Source of the DNA: Sphaerodactylus townsendi
Taxonomy: Eukaryota
Direction: 5' to 3'
Assembly (NCBI RefSeq): GCF_021028975.2
Contig: NC_059432.1
Span: forward strand, 91,140,001-91,204,000
DNA: 64,000 bases
The notes under the pieces were generated by a model. That model was not told where the DNA came from. It was given only the letters and a program-made list of their open reading frames with translations, and did not search any database. Shown piece by piece: positions 13,213-24,900 of the stretch. The position numbers and the translations under genes are program-made. Every line of letters starts with the position of its first letter. Positions within the stretch are counted from its first letter, which is position 1.

Positions 13213-13671
13213 GGGGCTTTCCCCACTACAGAAGGGAGCTAAGGTTGACTCTGTTCCCTTCAGTGGAGGGCAATTCCAGGCTGTCCCCTGGATCATCTTG
13301 GTGCCTGTTTCGCTCCTCGATCGTGATTGGAGCTTGTGCTATGGCAGGAAATGGGAATGTTCTTTTCCCCCCCCAGTTTTTACAGTTTACTGCCCGCCAC
13401 GACTCTCCCGTTCTGCGCATGCCACAAAAGCGGCTCATGATTGGTTGACCGGATGAGGTGTCGTTTCGATTCTTCCCCACTTCGAAGCTTTGAAGTGGCA
13501 TCGACCTTGTTCTGGCAGAAAAGTGTAGTTCATAACTGCGACAAGGATGTCGCAGTTCGGGGCGGGGTGGGTGGGGCTGAGACAAAACAATGTTGAGCTC
13601 GGTGGCAGTGGGGATTCACTGAGGCAAACCTAGGTAGAAACCAGTTCAACTCTGTCAGTGGGGAAAGCCCC
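13213..13671. mobile_element. PIF/Harbinger-type non-autonomous element (459 bp)
   Basis: Perfect 15-bp TIR GGGGCTTTCCCCACT / AGTGGGGAAAGCCCC; TSD TAA/TAA. Confidence 0.92.
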
Positions 13672-13715
13672 TAATAAGAGTAAACAAGTTTGCTGTTTTG
13701 TTGTTAAGAAGGATC

Positions 13716-13987
13716 CCCTGTCTACCTTGCAGCTGAGGTTTTTAAAGGGGTCTGATCCCATGAACTGAAGGAGTGGGATGTGAATGTGTTTACTGGGTAA
13801 GTTATTCCATAAAATGGAGGCTCTAAGGCAGCCGGGGGCTTCCTCAATTAGGGGAAATGTTCTTCCTTACAGAGAGAGGGTAATCATTGCCCTCATTCCA
13901 ACTGGACTTGTGTATGCAATGTGGCTTGACTGAAGAGTTAGAGGTCCCCTGGTGTAGAATGAAGAAGAGGACTCAGCCACCAAGCTT
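13716..13987 (+). repeat. ~270-bp direct repeat, copy 1
   Basis: ccctgtctaccttgcag...gactcagccaccaagctt, highly similar to 15021-15288. Confidence 0.95.
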
Positions 13988-15020
13988 TTCTTTCTAAGTA
14001 CAGATTAGATGCAACATCAGCGGGTTTCTAGTTGGTTGAAGGAGGAGTTGAACATCCAGAAGAAACAAATTGGTGACCAGAATAAAGTAACTAAATAGGG
14101 TTTTCAAAGCCTTATGTGCCACCATAACTTTGTCAGCAGCGCTTCTGGGATGAATTTTTTTGGCCTGTGTGTGTGCCTAGGATTATTATTAGAGCTTCAC
14201 CTTTATTATATTAAAGATTAAACATTAAAGCAGAAATGAAAGCTGGTAATGGTGGCGTACTCTTTAGATGAAGTCTGTGCAAGTATAAGCAGGAATCGCA
14301 CATGTGCTTAAATACTTTCAGAGGGTTAGGCTTCAAACTGTACCGCAATAGTTCCTGTTCCCACAGGGTACACACAGACCATTTGGGGGTATGTGAAAAA
14401 AGTTACATAATGGGTTTGCTAATATGGGGGTACCATTTTAGGGAAATAGGCTGCCAGGGTATGGTATGCAAGTGGGAAAAGGTTGGGCACCACTGGTCTA
14501 CTGAAATGGTTTCTTACAGCAATGGGCACAGAGTTCAATGTGTTCAGTTTTCATTCAACATCTTATTTCTATTTGCCAGGTTTGGTGGCAAAAGTCCTTT
14601 TGACTGGAGAGTTTCCAATAAATCCCTTCCTGTTAAGACAACCACACACACGATAATGTTTCAGTGTTCCAAACCTGGGAAGGCTGTGCAGTTGGCTGAA
14701 TGTTCGATTTGCAACTAATAGAAATCTGTTTATTTATGGCATCTAGGAGCTGCTTCTGCACCAATATATTCAAGGCAGTTTGCATTTTAAAACAATGGCT
14801 TATGATCAAAAAAGCATAGGGAAGGACAAAGGAAAATCCACGTGCCAACATTTTCATGTGCCACCATGTGCCACCAAGCTACTGAGTGGAATTGTACAGG
14901 GGCGGTTGTATCCATAATACTAAGGAACTTGGGAAAAATGTATACCTTCAGCTGAAGTGGTCTATTCCTTTCTCAGTGTTTTGCAACTTCTTTTCCACCT
15001 CATTCTGCAGTATGTGTAAA

Positions 15021-15288
15021 CCCTGTCTACCTTGCAGTTGAGGTTTTTAAAGGGGTCTGATCCCATGAACTGAAGGAGTGGGATGTGAATGTGTTTACAG
15101 GGTAAGTTATTCCATAAAATGGAGGCTCTAAGGCAGCTGGGGGCTTCCTCAATGGGGGGGAAATGTTCTTCCTTACAGAGAGATGGAAATCATTGCCCTC
15201 ATTCTAACTGGACCTGTGTATGTAATGTGGCTTGACTAAAGAGTTAGAGGTCCCCTGGTGTAGAATGAAGGACTCAGCCACCAAGCTT
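15021..15288 (+). repeat. ~270-bp direct repeat, copy 2
   Basis: Matches 13716-13987 with scattered substitutions and small indels. Confidence 0.95.
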
Positions 15289-16962
15289 ATGTTCACTTTC
15301 AGGACATGAGGTCTTTAGAAACAGAGGCAAAGAGGTCTTCAGTACTCATGGAACCTTGAAATAGGAAGAATCTGTCTTGTAGTTTCTGGTGCTGTTCACC
15401 AGAGCCCCATACCCTAGGAATGTGCAGATGCCACAGGAAGGGGGAAAAGGAGCATGTCCTGAATTAGGCTGCCAGGCAGAGATATTAAGTTTCAGCAGGG
15501 AGTTGAGTCTAGTCAGAGAATCTGTCAAGCAATTTCAGCATCAGAGGTCTGGTCCGGGGGTCAGAATACACAGAGTCAACAGATCAGAGGAAGCATTGCG
15601 GTAGTCACGTGCTTCGTTGTATCATGTGCTGTTCTTTGGCCTGAAGGGTAGATCATGGCAGATTACCTGAACCTTCAAGGGTAGGAAGAAACAAATATGA
15701 ACTTGAGGACAGCTTGCAACAGGTAATAAAAACCAAGTGGCTTTAATTCTGAACTATTCTTGTCGGGAGTCTCAGTAGGCAGGATGGGCAAAGAACATTG
15801 GCAGGAAGCAGGACAGATGTGACCCCAGATGCCATGTTTGTATGTAACGCAGAACCATGGCTTAGTGTCATAATAGTTAATAAATCAGCTTCAGCTCATG
15901 ACCTCATATCCTGCTTTTATGGAACCTAACTGCAGTTAGTGAATGGTCCACATTTGGATAATCAATTCACTATGCTGGTTATGGCAAACCATGTTCATAC
16001 TATGTCTGAACCAAACCATACTGTCATTTTTAAAAGCACCACAAGAGGTCTCTCTTCTACCATGCTGGAACAGTTTACCCATCCACTGAATCTGTTTACA
16101 TTAGTGATAACCTAGTGCTCAGTCCAAAACCATTAACATTCAGCTGGAATTTTACCAGTTCAGTTGGTTGTAGATTGTATTTGTAGTTCAAAAACATGAT
16201 TTATATGTCTCCTCTTTGTTTCTAATATACTAGTCTGGATTTTTTTTTTTAAAAAACACATGTTCACAATAGATACTTGTCTATCTCTATGGAATTATTT
16301 ATCCTGTGATATTCAGAAAGAAGATTTAAACAATAATTTCATGCCAGTGTTCTTGCTTGTACAGTGTAATCCACACTTCTTTGTGAAAGAAGCAATCAGA
16401 GACAACTCTGAGCTTCCCTGGATAGGCAAACATCCTAGAAAAACTTCAGAAGGTTGAGGTTCTTTGATAGTTGGACAGGAGGTTTAAGATGAAATTGATG
16501 CTTGGGAGGGAAGGTCCAGGATGTGCTAGCTAAAATCAGGGTGTGACATATTTACATGCTCTTTGGGAGGTTGAGGACAGGTGTGCCTAGTCAAGGTTTC
16601 ACTGTTGTTATCTAGACCTGAATTGCTCAGCCTTCAGGGAAGGCATTGTCTACAGCTATGCATACTTGATTTGGGGGAAAATGTGTCAGGCAAAGCCCAT
16701 CTTAGAAGCAAAGCCCCTGAATTAGGACAGGCCTCCATCCAAGTCTGGAGTGTCTATAATACCAAGGTATGACTGGTACGGCATTTAGAAAAATGCCTCC
16801 CCACACCCCATCCTGTTATGGGCCTGCAAAAACTTATGGGCTAGTGTGTGATGGGACATGGAGCTATGTTCTTGCAAAAGAGGAGAATTCATGCTGTGTA
16901 GTTTGAGAAACTAGATCACCTGATCCTGCCTTTACTGGATCTCACCGTATATTTGTTTGGTA

Positions 16963-17095
16963 CAGGGGTCTACAACCTGCGGCTCTCCAGATGTTCATGG
17001 ACTACGATTCCCATCAGCCAATTGGCCATGATGGCAGGGGCTGATGGGAATCGTAGTCCATGAACATCTGGAGAGCCGCAGGTTACAGACCCCTG
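16963..17095. mobile_element. Palindromic hAT MITE (133 bp)
   Basis: CAGGGGTCT ... AGACCCCTG termini; core shared with the 10007 family; degenerate 8-bp TSD gtttggta/gcttagta. Confidence 0.85.
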
Positions 17096-17253
17096 GCTTA
17101 GTAGTGCCAATAGAATTGTGAACCTCCTGTGGGACCTGGAGTTCTTCCAGAATTGCAACTGATCTTCCTGTGGAGAAAATGGCAGCTTGAGAGGATGGAC
17201 TCCATGGCATTATGCCCTGCCAGGAATTTTCCAATCCTGAGCTGGTAACCCTG

Positions 17254-17861
17254 GGTGCTTCCGCATTGTCATGGTCGACCTGAGATCGACTAGAGTCCGA
17301 CCCGAGTCCTCCGCACAGACGTAGCGTCGGACTCGTGTCTGACTCGACTCACCTCCCTCTCATCGTTGATTTTCTCGACCCTGCTGGGAGGTCGAGTCGA
17401 CCGGCGGACTCGGGTTGCGCTCGAGCCGAGGCCGGCGGAATGCGGAATCTCCGCCGACTCGACGCAGCCATCCAGCCAATCAACTTATTAGTATGTTCGC
17501 GCATGCGCAGAAGCTCCTACGCCGTGCCTGTGCCGTCGCCCGTAGCAACGTAGCTCCTACTTGGCAAACGAAAAAAAAACCCCGCGTACTCACGTTTCCC
17601 GCCATAGAACGGCAGCCAATCGGAATGAGGAGTGGAAAACGTGCGGAGGTGGTCCCGCCCTCTGAGCTCGGCTCAGCTCGTAAGCTGAGTCGAGCTCAAC
17701 AACCAATCGGAAAGCAATGCAGGGAGGTGGTCCCGCCCTCTGAGCTCGACTCCGGAGACACGAGTCGGCTGCTGTGCGGAGGAACGGGAGGACTCGAGTC
17801 AAGGTAAGACTCCGCCGACACGAGTCAAACCTGAGTCGACTCGTGTGTCCGGAAGGGCCCC
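17254..17861. mobile_element. Young CpG-rich Harbinger-type non-autonomous element
   Basis: Termini ggtgcttccgca / tccggaagggcccc, flanked by CTG/CTG. Abrupt CpG-rich block with many GACTC/GAGTC motifs and an internal ~55-bp duplication. Confidence 0.75.
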
Positions 17862-18636
17862 CTGTGTATCAATAGCATATTGCAGCTAGGATAAAGTGAG
17901 GGTGTGGGGTTGAAGTGGTCTGCAGCTCACTAAAATCCACTGTGTCATCCATCTTTTTTCCTCAGGATGCCCCAAGCAGCAGCAAATGGTGAGTAGCCCT
18001 CTGCCACTGTGGAGTCAGAGAATATTAGAAAGCACATCCCATGCTGGCAGCTGTCAGGAGCCAATAGAAGCAAGAGTCAGCTCAGTCAGTATTGTACAAA
18101 TGTAAGGTTGTTGATTGGCTAGGCTTTTAGCTAGTCAGCAGCCACACACTTGCATACTGAGTCTCTCCTACCTTTGCTGTGGCTTTCCAATACTTGAGTA
18201 ACCCGAGCTGGGTACAAAATATGAGACGGTGTCCTAAAGGGTCTATTTTAAATCCCTAGTCTGATCTAACAGTATGCTTTCTTCTAGCCCCAGTTACATA
18301 ACTGCCACACAGGACAGGATCTCCAGGATATTAGGAGAAGCTGAACACGTAGATGACAATCAGTGTGTTCTTAATCCTTCGAAGTCAGTGGCCCCAGTCA
18401 TAATTCAGTGGGTTGACTTCTGTGCTAGTCAGCCAAATCACAACTTTCATTTGAGTGGTTTTATAAGGGTTTTTAAAGGCTATTAGGGTTTCATGAGCTG
18501 GGGAGAGCTACTAAAATTGAATTTCCCCAAAGCCAATACGATGTGGCTGACATGTAATCCGTCATTTGATCACTCATGCATTAGCTGGAGTGATAGGGAT
18601 GTTCCTTTTGGTGATGTGCTGCACATACATCTTCCC

Positions 18637-18637
<1 letters not shown>

Positions 18638-18702
<65 letters not shown>
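18638..18702. repeat. Compound microsatellite (AC)n(AG)n
   Basis: Read directly from the sequence. Confidence 0.98.
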
Positions 18703-18703
<1 letters not shown>

Positions 18704-18954
18704 GGGGGGTGTTAGTATCTTATAGTATTTTATAAAAAGATAACCCTGCTCCGGCACAAAGGCTGCAAACAACCTTGTGTGGATTTTCTTCTAAGATCTT
18801 CTGTTTGATAAACCATTGAAAGTGCCCCAATATGCAGAATTAGAAACATGTTTTTGGAAGCACTATCCAAATTCAGACAGAATGGACACCATCTTTATAA
18901 TACACCTTGGCCTTGAGAATACATGTCAACTTTGAGGGATTACACTCTTGAATT

Positions 18955-19460
18955 GTATTTTTTATTTATGTTACTTATAATCTGCCAATCTCACTTGGAC
19001 TCAAGGTAGATTACACAGAGCAAATCAATACAGTTCAGTGAACAATGCAATAGGAATATGAATTGTTGAACCAATCAGAAATCTAAAAACAGAACTGAAG
19101 CAAAGCATAAGCACGAGTCTTGACATGACCATTAAATGGTCAAAAACTACGTAGTAGGATCCTAGTTTCAGTAAACTAAACACAATAGCATATAGTAACT
19201 TATCTAAGTAACTTTGTGAATCATTTAGCGCAGCAAAATTCTATTGCTGCATAGAAAATCTCCCTTGAACAATTCAGTTTTGCATAGTTTGTGGAAAGCC
19301 AGGAGAGTGGGAGCCCTTCTGACTTCCTCCAACAGGCCATTCCAGAAGGTGAGGACCACAACAAAGAAGGCACATGTATGGGCAGTTGTTGATTTTGCTC
19401 ATTTGCAGGTTGGCACCTGCAGAAAACCCTGCTTTGATGAGCAAAGCTGTTTCCCGTTCT
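18955..19460 (-). mobile_element. L2-like LINE 3' fragment
   Basis: tttatttat tail, then gccaggagagtgggagcc...aggccattccagaagg...aaggc, the reverse complement of an L2 ORF2 end. Confidence 0.6.
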
Positions 19461-19519
19461 ATCAAGACAAAAGAAGAGATAAGGTTCAAAAGAAGGACCA
19501 ATAGGATCAAATATGGAAC

Positions 19520-19870
19520 TGTATTCTTAAAGGTTTTTATGGCCAGAATCAACTGGATGATGTGGGTTTTCCAGGCTGTGCAGCCGTGGTCTGGTGGCTT
19601 TAGCTTCGAATGTTTCACATGCATCTATGACTGGCATCTTCAGAGGCACATCACGGTAAGATGTATTTCTCTCCATAGCACAACGTGGAGTGACTTGTGT
19701 GGTTTAGTATCTGTTTTGTCCTCCCCTCTGGTGGGAAGGGGTGAGGCGCATTTGCAAGTGTCCAGATGGAGTTCATGCCTCTGAAGATGCTAGTCACAGA
19801 TGCAAGTGAAACGTTAGGAGTGAAAACCACTAGGCCATGGCCACACAGCCTGGAAAACCCACAACAACAA
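19520..19870. mobile_element. Penelope-like element remnant: inverted pair of termini, each with a minimal hammerhead ribozyme core
   Basis: 19560-19646 is the reverse complement of 19778-19865. Both carry cct-CTGAAGA-t-helix II-GAAA-c. Confidence 0.75.
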
Positions 19871-19990
19871 ACAGGGAATTGTTGTGACTTAGGTATGCCT
19901 CAGATTTTTTTTTTACAAAAAAAGATAGTATATGTTATAGAAATAGGAATAGATCAGCGTACTGTGTATGCTGATTGAAGTTCTCTAGAG

Positions 19991-20176
19991 CAGTGGTTCT
20001 CAACCTTCCTAATGCATCGACCCTTTAATACAGTTTCTCATGTTGTGGTGACCCCCAACCATAACATTGGTATATATAAAATATAAAAAGACCATTTTCT
20101 GATGGTCTTAAGCGACCCCTATGAAAGGGTCGTTCGACCTCCAAAGGGGTCGTGACCCCCAGGTTGAGAACCACTG
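19991..20176 (-). mobile_element. SPIN (Space Invaders / URR1-like) hAT MITE, 186 bp
   Basis: 16-bp TIR CAGTGGTTCTCAACCT; perfect 8-bp TSD CTCTAGAG. Internal gaccctttaatacag...catgttgtggtgacccccaaccataa and gatggtcttaagcgacccct...gaaagggtcgttcgacc match the recalled SPIN_NA/URR1 consensus. Confidence 0.9.
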
Positions 20177-20537
20177 CTCTAGAGCATATGGAAGCTTCCT
20201 TTTCTATAGTTTGCAGGTGGCCTTGTTTCTCCCTACGTCCCAGTAGTGGGTTTATGCAGTTAGCAAAGACAAGTATTGCTGTCATGTGACAGGGAGGCCA
20301 CAGAAGTTATACAAACAGTAGGGATGCTTCAACATCCACATTCACCAGCTTGGTTTGGACTCTGCTTGCTGGGTGCAAACAGGAAGCTCACACCTCAATG
20401 AGCTGTTCAGTTGCCTATGGAGCCCAATCCCATTTGTGCTTGTGTGCTTCCTCTCCTATGCAGATCCCACCACCATAACTCACTATACAGTAGCTTCATA
20501 AGGCTGGCCACAACTAAGCAGGGAGATCCAAAACTTG

Positions 20538-21045
20538 GGCTATTTCTGCACAGCAGTGGAAATGAACCTCCACCAGTGGAGGCTTGGGGACGAGCAGCCC
20601 CAACTTTCACCCCAGCCAGAGATGCAGCTCCGCATGGAGCCGCCTCTCCTTCAGTTCCCTCCACTTACCTCTCCTTTCAGTGTTGCTCTGGAGAGCTGGA
20701 GGGACATGCCCATGCTACCCTCTGACCTCCAGGGGTCAGAGGGCAGCGTGGGCGTGTCCCTCCAGCCCTCCATTGCGATGCTGGAAGGAGAGGGGAGTAG
20801 AGGGGAGGGGGAAAGCGGCATCTTCCCGCCGGTGCAGTTCACACCTCGCCGGCTTGAAGACGGCACTTTTAAAAAACCTTGCTTATCGAGCAAGATTTAA
20901 AAGTGGCTCCTTCGCGCCACTGGGGGGGGTGGGGATCCAGGAAGGTGCTGCTGCAATGCAGCAGCACCTCCTGTGCAAACAGCACCCCAGGGACCAGTTT
21001 TTTTCTGTCCCTGGGCACTGTTTTTTTGGCCTTGCAGAAACGGCC
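20538..21045. mobile_element. PIF/Harbinger-type non-autonomous element (family of 6433)
   Basis: TIR GGCTATTTCTGCA / TGCAGAAACGGCC; internal hairpin ccctctgacctccaggggtcagaggg. Confidence 0.8.
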
Positions 21046-21797
21046 CAAGTCTGCAGATCGTTGTAGCAATAGAGTGCCATTTGCTTGCTTGCTGAACATG
21101 CCTACTGTGAAACTTGTGGCTTTCCTAATGAGTCGAGCAGAGTTAATGTGTTTGGTTAGTTCATAACTCCAACAAAATGCTGGATCCTCAACTACAAAGC
21201 ATGCAGCAGAAATAACCTGTTTTTCGGTTAACACAATGCAAATGATGATGTGCTGTGCTGATATAGTCAGGAAAGGCTGGGGTGGCTCCAACCTTTCTCC
21301 AAGTAGCCTTCCTCCAGCCTAATTAGCCTCCTCCAGTGGTTCTTCCTCCCAGAGAATTTGGTGGAAGTCCCTTTAGATTGGAGGGAGCCTTCGAACAAGC
21401 CAAAAAGAAAGATGGGATGTGAATATTTTAATAAATAAATAAACTTTGTTTAGTGGAGTAATAGGATACAGGTAGGATCCACCATACTGAGCCAAATCCT
21501 TACAGGGCCCCCAAGTTCTAGTTTAACCTTTTAGAAGTCACATTTTTGGTCACATTTGCCTGGTACGCATAAGTGTGGCTTTGGGATGTGAGGAAGATGT
21601 GAAAGGTAGGATTAAACAGACACTGACATCTTATGGGAATAAAATCATGGCCCCTGAAACTTCTCAATTCTTTCTGAATGGAAGATCCAGGATCTAGTGG
21701 TAAAGCCTCCTTGCTCCTGTTCCTCAGTCCTGGGTGAAATGTTAAAGACAGGTCTAAAATCTGGGGAATCTGCATTCTAAAGTTAGGCAAGGCAGAT

Positions 21798-21938
21798 GGC
21801 CCCTTCCGCACATGCAGAATAATGCACTTTCAATCCACTTTCACAATTGTTTGCAAGTGGATTTTGCTACTCCGCACAGCTGCAAAGTGCATGGAAAGTG
21901 GATTGAAAGTGCATTATTCTGCATGTACGGAAGGGCCC
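21798..21938. mobile_element. 141-bp palindromic MITE (family A)
   Basis: ggccccttccgcacatgcagaataatgcactttcaatccactttc ... gaaagtggattgaaagtgcattattctgcatgtacggaagggccc. Confidence 0.88.
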
Positions 21939-24900
21939 AAAGAGAGACAACACTCTTAATTCTTCCGTTCTATTTATTTCTGTACTTTCTTGGCTTAAGC
22001 TTTTTCTCTCAGCAGTTTTTCAGCTTCTTAGCCTGCAGGTATCCATTGTCCCTTCCTTGGCTGACTGAAGAGTAGCAGATGGTAGAAAAGACAGGCATTT
22101 ATTTCCTGGAGACCTGACATCTTTGTCCTTCCTGGCACCAGGGTACACTAGAATGAAACTGAAAGGTAGCTCTAGGCTTTTAAAGAAACAGTAATCACCA
22201 GGAATGTAAGTCTAGGGGGGTACCACTGGAGCAGAATTAAATAAATGACCATTTTTCTCAGCCTTTATTCAAGGTTTAAATGGCAATGTTTTGTGCCGGT
22301 GTGCTTTCAGATTTTGAAGTTAATCTATCTTTCCTGCCTTTCCCCATCTTTCCTGTCTTTTCCTATTAGTGACTGATGATTATTATGATAGTAGCAATCC
22401 TCAAGCCAACTAACATGGGCAAGACTGCTGCAGTCTCTGAGAACTGCATCCATGGAGCATGTGAGTGAACATGTCTCATATCAGGCATAAGAGACAAGTA
22501 AATACTTTGGTCTTTCAGAAACAAAATAATCCAGTTATTGCAGCTTCAAATGGAAAAGCCTTTTCTGATCTACTTGATCCAGGCTGCCTTCTGTGTGTAA
22601 GAAGCCCTTTGACTTTCCCCTGCGTAGAAACCAGGTTCTCGGGTTGCACAAAAAACTGGGACATCTGGTGACCGTGAGTCAGGTAGTTCATGACCTGTGA
22701 CTCACGGGGGCCCAGGGGACAGTTGAGCGTGTGCGCCCAGAAGGACACAGATGGCACAGGCATTCCTGCGCTCTTTCTCAGGCTCTGCCGGGTTCGTGGG
22801 GCTCATCCCTACAGCCTTCTTCATCTTGGTTCTGATAGCCAACGTAGATCCAGAAGATTTATGGGTTGGTCTTGCCTAGCAACCCATGTACTGCAGTCAT
22901 GCCATAAACTCCAGATTTTAGCTCCCGTGGCTTTTATCTGCAAAGATTAACTAGGTCATATCAACATTCCATTTTCTTACCTTTAAATAAGCAGTTCTGG
23001 TAAAGCTATCTAACCCATAGCTGAACTTCCGCTTGTACAAAACCCTTTTTGTCTAAATGAATTTGTTTCCCTCTCTCTGAATGCAGTTCTCTGCGCCAGT
23101 ATTATTCCATGCAAAGGGATTCCTCTCTTCCTGAACATCTGCAAATTTGAATAGTTGGACTGTTCCCCAGCTAATTTGTATAAAGGAGGCTTGGCTCTGG
23201 TGTTTAGTGGTCTACAGACAGGGGAAGGTTTAATTGAGAATTATATTCAATAGGAGATCCAACTGAATGCTTTTTTTTATAATTTCCTAAGCAAAGCACT
23301 AACAGCTGATTTAAATGTTACTGCCCCCAAATGGAGGTCACCACTAAGTCATTAACCACGTAAGGGCATACCATTTAAAAGCCCCTTATCTGGGACAAGC
23401 TCACATACATGTGATAGCACCATGCAGATATGTCCATGGCCAGAGCTCTGTACCAATGGAAGGCAAACAGATGGTGCAAACATATAACTCAGTGCGTGGG
23501 CATTGGCCTTCTAGAAGCTGTGCATGCATGGAGTGCCATCATGAATGATCTTGTTTTGGTGAGATCCACAAGCATCCATTAATGTGACACCCAGAATATG
23601 TATTTTTTTTAAAAAAAATAAGCATTCTGCCTTTCCCATAGCTCAAGCCAGGTAATAAATTCACAAAATACCAATAAGACAAGATAGTCCTAAAAATTAG
23701 CAAAGCAGCTGGAAAAAGAGCAGCATTTTTGAAGGATTGTCTCTTTCCATCTGTCCCTTTGCCCCAACTATAGTCTTCAGGCCGCCCTTTGTTGGTCATT
23801 CCACCCTTTAGAGTGGTCCATCTGGCATCAACCAGAACCTTGGCCTTGTCTACTATGGCTCCTACTCTATGAGAATTTTAAAAATTCAATTTTTCCCTTT
23901 TCAGCCATCAAATCATTATAACAAAAAGTAGCTTTTGGATATTTGTATAACATATGAATGGAAGCATAAAGTTGAAATTCTGAGAATAGGGGGGAAATGG
24001 TACGATTTCCCCTGCATCTACTCTGATATCAACATGCATTTAAAAAACATGCTTCAGCTTCTCAAGTCTGTTGGCAGTGGCAGAAGGCATCCACTGAGGT
24101 ATGTGGATGGTCAGATGGCAGACAGCCTTGATTTAAACCTAATGATGCTTAGTAGACATGGATTCTGCTTATGCAGAACAGTAATTCTGTGTAACCAGGT
24201 TGACTTCAAGTGACATGCTGACACACTGTGCCGGGTGAAGGCTGCAAAGCAGACCTTTTCTCTGTTGGAGTTGGACAAGTACCAGATTGTGGCACAGGAA
24301 TATTTAAGATCAGGCTGAACATTGGCAGGGTTATTGAACTCGTGCAGAATCCACTGAATTAGAGTTGCCTTTGGCCTTGGATTAAATGTTATTTGTTATC
24401 TTGGATAGACAAGTCACACTATATACAATGTTGTAAACACCAGAAATGCAGAATAGTCTCATTGGGATGAGATTTCTCAAAGGAAATCTGGCCACCCCTG
24501 GCCAAGCACTGTTAAGAGCTTCCTTCTTTTGATTACTAGAAATAAGTTCAAGCTTGATTTTCCTTTTGATGAGAAAAAGCTGTAGGCCACATGCCCTCTT
24601 TGTAATACTTGTCTTAGTTATAGGTGTATGGAAAGAGCACAATCGATGCAACCAGATTGCTTCAGTAGTCAGCAAAACCTCTAACCTTGCATCAGGCAGA
24701 GCAACAGTGGGAACTCTAGCATTCTGCCCTTGGTTGTACCCCATCCAGTTCAAAACCAGTAAGCTGTCCATCTGACTTACTGTCTGTCCAATTCAAACAG
24801 CCACAGTTATGTTTCTCTCTCTAGCTTTCCCAATAGTACAAGGTATAATCATAACAACTATAGCCAAATCCACAAAGATCAGCAAAAATCTGTATTATAG

